Shown in pieces: positions 18,905 to 26,574 of a stretch of DNA of 64,000 nucleotides; position 1 is the stretch's first letter, and each line of letters starts with the position of its first letter. Origin of the DNA: Bacteroidota bacterium (GTDB lineage Bacteria; Bacteroidota; Bacteroidia; Bacteroidales; GCA-2748055). The stretch is taken from positions 2,240-66,239 of the forward strand of contig JBNJEV010000009.1 of assembly GCA_051746185.1 (NCBI GenBank), written 5' to 3'. The translations under genes were made by a program, and so were the position numbers. Under the pieces are notes generated by a model. It saw nothing but the letters and a program-made list of their open reading frames with translations. It ran no database searches and was not told the DNA's origin.

Positions 18905-21493
18905 TCAACGGACCCGCAAACTGGTTGAAAGCAGGGCCGCTTCGGAGGAAGAGGGGCCTACCAGGATATCGAACCAGCCTGGCTCCACGATATAATCCCC
19001 CTGCTCCACATCATAATAGGCCAGTTCATCCGGACCCAGGGTCATGGTAACCGTAACGGTTCCTCCTGCTTCGATCCACACCCTTTCGAATCCGCGCAGG
19101 TCTTTCAGGGGTCTTTTCACCTCCGATTCCACGTCCCTGATATACAGCTGGACCACTTCTTCTCCACCCGTTTCACCCGTATTGGTCACATCCACACTGA
19201 CTGTGACCTCCCCGTTCCGGGGGATCTCATCATCGTCCAGGATCAGGTTTTCATAAAGAAAATCGGTATAGCTCAGACCATAGCCAAAGGGGTACAGCAC
19301 CTCATCCCCGAAATACCTGTAGGTCTTCCCTTCCATATTGTAATCCTCAAAACCGGGAAGGTCATCCACCGATTGATAGAAGGTAACCGGCAGTCTCCCG
19401 GCAGGATTGTAATCACCGAAGAGCACATCCGCAACAGCAGTACCTCCTGCTTCACCGGGGTACCATGCCTGGATGATCCCGTCAAGGTGCTCATTCTCCC
19501 AGTTGATGGAAAGGGTGGAACCGCTCATCAGAACCAGGGTCACCGGTTTGCCGGTGGCGGCCATGCGTCGTATGAGCTGCTGCTGGACATCCGGCAAATC
19601 CAGGGAGGTGCGGTCCCCTCCTTTGAAGCCTTCCAGTTCAAATCCTCTCATCTCCTCGCCTTCCAGGCGTGCGTTCAAACCCATCACCAGGATCACGTGA
19701 TCGGCCCATCCGGCAAGCTGAAGCGCTTCCCCCGTAAGATTCCTGTCCGGTTCCAGCCAGGTCAGATTGCAGCTGGCATCCCCTCCGCGGTGGTGCAGGA
19801 TCAATTTGATGGGATACGGCTGTCCGGCCTTCAGTTCTTTTTCCATCCGGCCCATTCCCCAGCGGTTACGAATGGTATCACCGTCAAAAATAAGCAGGGA
19901 GGACCTTCCCGCTGCACTGATGGAATGGACACCGCTTTTTTCGGGTACCAGAGTTCCGGTCCACTCCACACAGAATGTATCAGGGTTTAATCCCTCCACC
20001 GGAGGTTCCTGGTCAAACCAGTAAAAATCGATCAGGGCATCGGTTCTTTCGGCCACCGGCTCCCCTTCGCATTCCAGGTTGGAAAAATACCGGCCCCTGA
20101 GCCCCTGTTCCGACAGTTCATTGTCCGTATACAGGACCTCGCCGGGAACCGTAACCGGGTAGGGCATGTCCTGGTGATGAGGGGATCCGAGTGCATAACG
20201 CACTTCGGCCTGATCCCCCAGTTTTGATTTGATGCCCGCATACACACTGACCGGGTTCACCGGGAACCCGTTGTAGTTTCCGTACTGCACGGTCACATTA
20301 TCGGCATTGGGCCCGATCACCGCAACTTTCCGGAGATCCTTGCTCAGGGGCAGGGCATCCGATTCATTCTTCAGCAGAACCAGGGATTTCCTGGCCATTT
20401 CCAGCGCCACCAGCCTGTGGCCGGGACCGGAGACCAGGTCATAGGAATCATCTGACCATGGGACCATCTCATCGGGATCGAACATTCCCAGCTTCATCCT
20501 GGCAAGCATCAGCCGTTCCACCGATATATCGATCTGCTCTTCCGAGATCAGACCCTGGCCGACCGCCTCCACAAGTGCGGGATAGACACTGCCACAATTC
20601 AAATCGGTCCCCGAAAGGACTCCCAGCGCTGCTGCTTCCTCCCTGGTTTCGACCACATCGTGTCCGGAGTGAAAATCCCTGATGGCTCCGCAGTCCGAAA
20701 CAATATAACCATCGAATCCAAGCTCACCGCGCAGCAATTCCTCCTGCAGCCAGGTGCTTCCGCAGCAGGGTTCTCCCATATAGCGGTTGTATGCGCACAT
20801 GACCGAATAGACTTTTCCCTCTTCCACGGTTTTCCTGAATGCAGGCAGGTAGGTGTCCCGGAAATCCCTCTCACTGGTCACCGCATCAAACTCGTGCCTG
20901 AGGGGCTCGGGTCCGCTGTGGACCGCATAGTGTTTGGAAGTGGCCACTACCTTGAAATACCGGTCATGGTCCCCCTGCAATCCCCTGATGAACTGCACCC
21001 CCAGTTCACCGGTGAGATAGGGATCCTCTCCATAGGTTTCATGTCCCCGTCCCCAGCGGGGATCCCTGAATATGTTGATATTGGGCGACCAGAAGGTAAG
21101 TCCCTTGTACCGTCCCCTTTCGTGGCGGGAAATAAAATCATTGTATTTGGCCCTTGCCTCGGTGGAAGTGATCTCCGCCATCCGGAGCATCAAATCCCGG
21201 TCGAAAGTGGCAGCCATCCCGATGGCCTGGGGAAAGACGGTGGCCTTGCCGGCGCGGGCAACCCCGTGCAGGCACTCATTCCACCAGTCGTATTCGGGAA
21301 TGCCCAGGCGTTCAATGGCAGCTGCTGAATTGGTAAGCTGGCTCACCTTTTCTTCAAGGGTCATTCTGGATACCAGGTCCTCCGCCCTTTCCTCAAAATC
21401 CAGCCTGGTATTCTGGTAAGGGTATTCAACGGACGGTTTACAGGAGAACAATGCACCCATCAACAGGATGGGCAAAAATTTTGTGAGTTTCAT
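18905..21493 (-). CDS. GH3 beta-xylosidase/glucosidase with PA14 and Fn3-like domains, lipoprotein
   Basis: Lipobox LFSC, WWNECLHG, RDPRWGRGHETYGEDP, IVSDCGA, PA14 insert, YPFGYGLSY. Confidence 0.92.
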   Translation of the reverse strand: MKLTKFLPILLMGALFSCKPSVEYPYQNTRLDFEERAEDLVSRMTLEEKVSQLTNSAAAIERLGIPEYDWWNECLHGVARAGKATVFPQAIGMAATFDRDLMLRMAEITSTEARAKYNDFISRHERGRYKGLTFWSPNINIFRDPRWGRGHETYGEDPYLTGELGVQFIRGLQGDHDRYFKVVATSKHYAVHSGPEPLRHEFDAVTSERDFRDTYLPAFRKTVEEGKVYSVMCAYNRYMGEPCCGSTWLQEELLRGELGFDGYIVSDCGAIRDFHSGHDVVETREEAAALGVLSGTDLNCGSVYPALVEAVGQGLISEEQIDISVERLMLARMKLGMFDPDEMVPWSDDSYDLVSGPGHRLVALEMARKSLVLLKNESDALPLSKDLRKVAVIGPNADNVTVQYGNYNGFPVNPVSVYAGIKSKLGDQAEVRYALGSPHHQDMPYPVTVPGEVLYTDNELSEQGLRGRYFSNLECEGEPVAERTDALIDFYWFDQEPPVEGLNPDTFCVEWTGTLVPEKSGVHSISAAGRSSLLIFDGDTIRNRWGMGRMEKELKAGQPYPIKLILHHRGGDASCNLTWLEPDRNLTGEALQLAGWADHVILVMGLNARLEGEEMRGFELEGFKGGDRTSLDLPDVQQQLIRRMAATGKPVTLVLMSGSTLSINWENEHLDGIIQAWYPGEAGGTAVADVLFGDYNPAGRLPVTFYQSVDDLPGFEDYNMEGKTYRYFGDEVLYPFGYGLSYTDFLYENLILDDDEIPRNGEVTVSVDVTNTGETGGEEVVQLYIRDVESEVKRPLKDLRGFERVWIEAGGTVTVTMTLGPDELAYYDVEQGDYIVEPGWFDILVGPSSSEAALLSTSLRVR

Positions 21494-21574
21494 GGGTTGT
21501 TGGTTTAGTGGGTTCGTATCATGAACGGTTGCTGACAGGGATGTCTCCGGGAATCGTAAATATAAGAAATCGTT

Positions 21575-23533
21575 TCATTCCCGGGAAATCTTGATCACCC
21601 TTTCCTTATAGGTGATGGCCGTGTCATACAGTACAAGCAGGTAAGCTCCGTCTGCAAGCCGGGAAAGATCCAGAACCAGGGGACTGCCGGGATCCGTCAT
21701 CCGGTACACCTCCCGCCCCCTGAAATCGAACAGGGCAATCTCCTGCAGGGTGTTGTGGTTGAGCAGCTGCACATACAGTTTGTCGCTGAATGGATTCGGG
21801 CCAAGGAGATACAACCGGTCTGAAGGGATCTGCCGGACCACACTGGATGTGTTCAGCAGATCCTCGTCAGGATCGAACACCAGGTTGGCGACCAGACCGT
21901 TGATCTGTATGGTATAATCCTCGACAGGTTCGTTCTGTGACAGCCGCATTCTTTCCGTGGTACCATCGCTGTACACCACTTCCACGTCAAAGGGATTGGT
22001 GAAGAGCGGGGTATCCGGTGAACTGCCGGTCTGCTCCAGATGCAGGTAAAGTGAATCGCCCAGCTGATGCCAGAAAAGCTGGTACCGGGGAAAACCTTCT
22101 CCGTAATACCACTGCTGAAAGAAGCCTGAAAAATCGATCCCGCTTTCCGATTCGAGCAGTCTTTTGAAATCCTCCCCGGTGGCCACTCCGTTTCCGAATT
22201 GATGGAGGTAATTGCGGAGCACCCTGAAGAAAAGGTCATCCTCGTCAAGGATATACCGGATCATGTGCAGCAAAATGGCCCCTTTTTTGTAGCTGAGTCC
22301 GTAATCGAAGACCCGCCCGGGATTGTCAGCGTTTTCTTCCGGGACAAAGACCGATCCTGTGGTCTCTCCCAGGGCAATGGACATGGCATTGGACATCCAT
22401 CTGTCGGCGGCATCCTGTCCCAGGATCTGCCGGGCGGCGATATATTCCATATAGGAGGCAAAACCTTCATTGATCCATATGTCCTGCCAGTTCCCGCAGG
22501 TCACCAGGTTGCCGAACCACTGGTGGGCCAGCTCATGGGCCACAAGGAAGAAATCGAAATCCTGGATGGTGGTCATGGTCTGGTGTTCCATCCCTCCTCC
22601 CAGGGGTGCCATGACATGACCGTACTTTTCGCGCGAAAAGGGATAATCGGTCAGCAGCTCCGAATAGGTGCGGATCAGATTGCCGGTCTCCAGGATTCCC
22701 TCTTCCCAGTCGGCAAGCACTTTGTCCGAATCATACAGAAAGTTCTGCACCAGGACCGAATCGCCTGTCCGGGAAAGGGGTGCATAAAAGGAGTAGTCCC
22801 TGTAATCGGCCACCGAGAAAAAAAGGAGGTAATAGGCCATGGGATAGGTGGTCTTCCAGCTGAACACTTTTGTGTCCCCCTCCAGGTCTTCCACATCCTC
22901 CAGGATCCCGTTGGAGGCTGCCATCAGCTGATCATCGCACTCCAGGCGGGTGCGGACCGAATCGATTTTGTCTTCCAGCACCTGTTTGACGGGGATCCAG
23001 TCCTTGGCATTGAGAGGCTCCGAAAGGGTATAGGTAACCTGAAAACCGTACTGTCCGTCTCTGGCGGAATTGATCCCTGCAAAAAAGCCCCTGTCCCGGC
23101 CCGCCTCTCCCCCGTACCGGATCTTCACGGCAAATACCTCACCGGCCGACCGGGTCCTGTCAAGCGGCACAAACAGGGCCTGGTCCCTGTGCTCATAATC
23201 CGCGGTGTGAGAGAAATCAGGCAGGGAATCCCTGTCGGTGATATCGATCCGGCTGACCTGCAGCTGGTCCTGCAGTTCCAGCACCAGGGTGTCCATTGTT
23301 TGCAGGACTTCCATCAGGATCATGACTTCTCCCTCGATTTCCGTGCTCTGATTGGTCACCTGCAGATCGATCTCATAGTATTTGATGTCATAGCGGGAAA
23401 GCCACCTTTCATACAGTGGGTTCTCATAACCGGCGGCTCCACCGGGACGGAGAACACACGATGTCCGTGGCCGTGCAACCGAGAGTTGGGTCACCAGAGT
23501 GGCCAGCAGGAAATATATGGCAGTCCTGAGCAT
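21575..23533 (-). CDS. M1-family aminopeptidase with T9SS C-terminal domain
   Basis: GGMEH, HELAHQWFG, WINEGFA, YKKGA; C-terminal PNPF...GAYLL...KVIK-like sorting domain. Confidence 0.9.
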   Translation of the reverse strand: MLRTAIYFLLATLVTQLSVARPRTSCVLRPGGAAGYENPLYERWLSRYDIKYYEIDLQVTNQSTEIEGEVMILMEVLQTMDTLVLELQDQLQVSRIDITDRDSLPDFSHTADYEHRDQALFVPLDRTRSAGEVFAVKIRYGGEAGRDRGFFAGINSARDGQYGFQVTYTLSEPLNAKDWIPVKQVLEDKIDSVRTRLECDDQLMAASNGILEDVEDLEGDTKVFSWKTTYPMAYYLLFFSVADYRDYSFYAPLSRTGDSVLVQNFLYDSDKVLADWEEGILETGNLIRTYSELLTDYPFSREKYGHVMAPLGGGMEHQTMTTIQDFDFFLVAHELAHQWFGNLVTCGNWQDIWINEGFASYMEYIAARQILGQDAADRWMSNAMSIALGETTGSVFVPEENADNPGRVFDYGLSYKKGAILLHMIRYILDEDDLFFRVLRNYLHQFGNGVATGEDFKRLLESESGIDFSGFFQQWYYGEGFPRYQLFWHQLGDSLYLHLEQTGSSPDTPLFTNPFDVEVVYSDGTTERMRLSQNEPVEDYTIQINGLVANLVFDPDEDLLNTSSVVRQIPSDRLYLLGPNPFSDKLYVQLLNHNTLQEIALFDFRGREVYRMTDPGSPLVLDLSRLADGAYLLVLYDTAITYKERVIKISRE

Positions 23534-23534
23534 G

Positions 23535-24563
23535 CTAGCTGAACCGGAAAAGGGTCTGCGCGCTGTATTGCTCACCGGGTTTCAGCAGGGTGGACGGGAA
23601 TGCCAGCTGGTTGGGACTGTCGGGAAAATATTGAGTTTCCAGGCAGACAGCGGCATGTTTCCCGTAGTCGATCCCGTCTCTGCCCCGGATCCCTTTCAGG
23701 TAATTTGACGTGTAAAGCTGGATCCCCGGCAGGGTGGTAAGAACCTCCATTGTGCGTCCGGATTCCGGATCATGCAGGACCGCCACCCGGGTCAGTTCCC
23801 GTGATTCCATGGCAAGCACATAGTTGAGATCATATCCCGGTTCCACCTCTGCGATCCTTTCCCCGAGCGGTCTGGTCTGTCTGAAATCGAGCGGAGTGCC
23901 TTCCACCGTTGCAATTTTGCCCGTGGGAATGCTTTCCCCATCCAGTACCGTATACCGGTCAGCATCCAGTGTCAGTTCATGCCGGTGGATGGTCCCCCGG
24001 CAATTGTTCAGATTGAAATAGCTGTGGTTGGTCAGGTTCACATGGGTGGGCCGGTCGGTTTCCGCCCTGCAGTGCACACCCAGTTCATTCTGATCATTCA
24101 GTGTATAAAGCACTTCCGCGATTACATTTCCCGGATACCCTTCCTCGCCGTCCCCGCTATGATACTTCATTACCAGGCTGATCTGCTTCCCGGAAACATC
24201 CGTATGTGCCTTCCACATTTTTTTATCGAATCCCCTGAATCCCCCGTGGAGATGATTGGACCCTTCGTTGGCAGAAAGCCGGTAGGTCCTTCCCTCGATG
24301 GAAAATTTTGCACCTCCGATCCGGTTGCAGAACCGGCCGATCATGGCACCCAGATAGGGCTGGTCCCCCAGGTAACCGTCAAGCCGGTCAAATCCGAGGA
24401 CAACATTGCCGGGTTCATGGTCCCGGTCCGGCACGATCAGGTCCGTAATGATCCCCCCGTAATCGAGTACCCTCACTTCCATTTCCCTGTTATTTCTCAT
24501 GACATACCGGTGTACTTCACCCACAGAAGGGATGGTTCCGAAATGTTCCTTTTCAATGGTCAT
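23535..24563 (-). CDS. galM: Aldose 1-epimerase (galactose mutarotase)
   Basis: GRFCNRI, NHLHGG, EEGYPG, NLTNHSYFN, CLETQYFPD. Confidence 0.95.
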   Translation of the reverse strand: MTIEKEHFGTIPSVGEVHRYVMRNNREMEVRVLDYGGIITDLIVPDRDHEPGNVVLGFDRLDGYLGDQPYLGAMIGRFCNRIGGAKFSIEGRTYRLSANEGSNHLHGGFRGFDKKMWKAHTDVSGKQISLVMKYHSGDGEEGYPGNVIAEVLYTLNDQNELGVHCRAETDRPTHVNLTNHSYFNLNNCRGTIHRHELTLDADRYTVLDGESIPTGKIATVEGTPLDFRQTRPLGERIAEVEPGYDLNYVLAMESRELTRVAVLHDPESGRTMEVLTTLPGIQLYTSNYLKGIRGRDGIDYGKHAAVCLETQYFPDSPNQLAFPSTLLKPGEQYSAQTLFRFS

Positions 24564-24731
24564 ATTTTTTGAATGTTTTTTTCAGGAAATAAAGATAGAA
24601 ATTAAAATCATCACCTGCACCGACCGATATATTTTCCCGGAACACATAAACAGGAAAACCGAAGAGCTCTTTGCACAGGCGTAAACCGAAAAGCCTTTAA
24701 GAGAGTAGGTGTGATCAAACTCATTCAGAAA

Positions 24732-24908
24732 ATGGAACCAGCATTATTCACGAACACTTTTAAAGAGGTCCCCGTTCAGGAACAGCAGCGCCTCAATGGC
24801 GGGGTATTGCCCTTCCTTCTGGCGATCGGCGTGGTTGCGGTCACCGAGATCATCAGGGACTGGGATAATTTCAAGAACGGACTCACCGGAGAACCGGAAG
24901 AGAAATAA
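24732..24908 (+). CDS. Double-glycine-leader peptide 1 (class II bacteriocin-like precursor)
   Basis: MEPALFTNTFKEVPVQEQQRLNGG|VLPFLLAIGVVAVTEIIRDWDNFKNGLTGEPEEK; upstream of HlyD and C39 transporter. Confidence 0.85.
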   Translation: MEPALFTNTFKEVPVQEQQRLNGGVLPFLLAIGVVAVTEIIRDWDNFKNGLTGEPEEK

Positions 24909-24946
24909 TGTACAATGATCAATGTAATTTTATAATAATCAGAAAA

Positions 24947-25141
24947 ATGGAAAACACAACACTTTTCAGCACCCTGGATGCCGGACAGATGAGACAGGTC
25001 AACGGCGGCGGATTCGCCTACGATGTGGGCAGGGTACTCCGGTTTATCTCGATTGCCGGCCTTAACAATGGTCCCCTTACAGCATTGGCACTCGCTGACT
25101 GGGATGTTAATAAGGCCCTCAATGAAATGGAAAACAACTAG
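24947..25141 (+). CDS. Double-glycine-leader peptide 2 (class II bacteriocin-like precursor)
   Basis: MENTTLFSTLDAGQMRQVNGG|GFAYDVGRVLRFISIAGLNNGPLTALALADWDVNKALNEMENN; ATG preceded by an A-rich initiation region. Confidence 0.85.
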   Translation: MENTTLFSTLDAGQMRQVNGGGFAYDVGRVLRFISIAGLNNGPLTALALADWDVNKALNEMENN

Positions 25142-25150
25142 AATTATCAG

Positions 25151-25290
25151 GATTGTCTCATAAGGCTTTTTTGATTTTCTTACTGAGGGATGCTTTGTCG
25201 TAACGTGCTAATTGACTTCGTCAAAGATGCCAGGTTACTTCAAAAGCATCCCTCAGATGATGTCAACCAATCACTTTTGAGACAGGCTCT
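25151..25290. repeat. Nested palindromic element (MITE/REP-like or structured RNA)
   Basis: Outer IR TGTCTCATAAG (25154-25164) / CTTTTGAGACA (25274-25284), 10 of 11 match; inner perfect 14-bp IR CTGAGGGATGCTTT (25183-25196) / AAAGCATCCCTCAG (25243-25256); partial copy at 11.2 kb. Confidence 0.8.
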
Positions 25291-25321
25291 TTTTTACTAT
25301 TCTTAAATAATACCCGATGCG

Positions 25322-25444
25322 ATGAGAATCAAAAAACCACGCCGGCGGGACATCATTATCTTCATTGTAACCCTGGTGGTCTTCGGTGCCATCGTCACTT
25401 ACTGGGACCAGATCAAGGATTTCATTGCCGGCATTTTTGCCTGA
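25322..25444 (+). CDS. 40-aa single-TM peptide (candidate immunity/accessory peptide)
   Basis: Manual translation MRIKKPRRRDIIIFIVTLVVFGAIVTYWDQIKDFIAGIFA*; its TGA overlaps the HlyD ATG (TGATG); below the ORF-track size cutoff. Confidence 0.7.
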   Translation: MRIKKPRRRDIIIFIVTLVVFGAIVTYWDQIKDFIAGIFA

Positions 25445-26574
25445 TGGACCAGCTGGAGGACAGTACACTGGACCTGATCTACAGGCGAAGTGTCCGTTCC
25501 TTTCACCTGGGTTATGTGGTCATCCTGATGATCACCGGGTCCTTTGCGGCCCTGCCCCTGGTGAAAGTAGATGTGGTCACCACCACCGCCGGAATGATCA
25601 GACCCCTGAAAGAACCTGCCGGGATCCTTTCTCCCATTTCGGGGATCCTGGACAGTACCATCCTTGCCGGCAACATGGAGGTGCACGCGGGGGATACCCT
25701 GGCCTGGGTCAACAAAGACCGGGTTGAAACCGGGATCCGGGAATACTCCGCGCTGATTGTCCGGAACAGTGCACCCATTCAGGATATCAAAAGCATCCTC
25801 AACGGACAGGAGCCTGAAAGGACAGGAAGGTTCATCCAGTCCTACAGGAATCACATTTCATCCCTCACCTGCCTTCAGATCAGGAAGAGACTCCTGGGGA
25901 AAGCATATCATACCGCCACCGAATTATTCACTGCCGGGGTAATCCCCCTGCACGAATTTGAGCAGGCAGAAACAGACTACCGGTTGATCTGTGCAGAGAT
26001 CAACGATCTCGAACACCGGTACAGGAGCCAGCTGCAGGAAGAACTCTACCGGCTTGAACAGGAAAATACCGGATACCGGCGGGAGGTCAACCTGAACAGA
26101 TCCATGCTGCACAATTACTATATTGTGGCTCCCACCTCGGGCACCATTCACAATTGTCCGGGACTGACCGCCGGATCGGTGATCCATTCCGGCATGTCAC
26201 TGGGATCCGTTTCACCGGAAGGAAGCCTGGTGGCTGAATGTTTTCTCGATCCGGGCAGTATCCAGGGAGTCGGGAAAGGGACCAGGGTCCGCCTCCGGTT
26301 TAACGGATCAGGGTACGGTCGACAGGCCCATGTGGAAGCCAGGGTCGATCATATCGAAAAGGATGTGATCCTGAAAGACGGGGTACCGGTCTACCGCATC
26401 AGGAGCACCCTCGACTCCCCTTTCATTTCCCGGGATGGCGGAGAAAGAAAACCGGTGGTGAAAGGAATGACCTTCACCGCCAGTTTTGTCCTTTTCCGCC
26501 GGTCGCTCGCCTCCCTTCTCCTGGAAAAGGTGGCCCGCCGGCTGGATCCCGGGGCTTCAATACCCGAAAAATGA
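25444..26574 (+). CDS. HlyD-family membrane fusion protein
   Basis: N-terminal TM, LPLVKVDV...GMIRP, lipoyl-like halves (ILSPISG, IVAPTSGTI), coiled coil, KGMTFTA. Confidence 0.9.
   Translation: MDQLEDSTLDLIYRRSVRSFHLGYVVILMITGSFAALPLVKVDVVTTTAGMIRPLKEPAGILSPISGILDSTILAGNMEVHAGDTLAWVNKDRVETGIREYSALIVRNSAPIQDIKSILNGQEPERTGRFIQSYRNHISSLTCLQIRKRLLGKAYHTATELFTAGVIPLHEFEQAETDYRLICAEINDLEHRYRSQLQEELYRLEQENTGYRREVNLNRSMLHNYYIVAPTSGTIHNCPGLTAGSVIHSGMSLGSVSPEGSLVAECFLDPGSIQGVGKGTRVRLRFNGSGYGRQAHVEARVDHIEKDVILKDGVPVYRIRSTLDSPFISRDGGERKPVVKGMTFTASFVLFRRSLASLLLEKVARRLDPGASIPEK

Noticed and set aside
11209-25290. The 30-bp identical repeats as CRISPR repeats or att sites bounding an island
   Set aside because: Only two copies, no spacer array, no cas or integrase genes, and the enclosed genes are ordinary metabolism.
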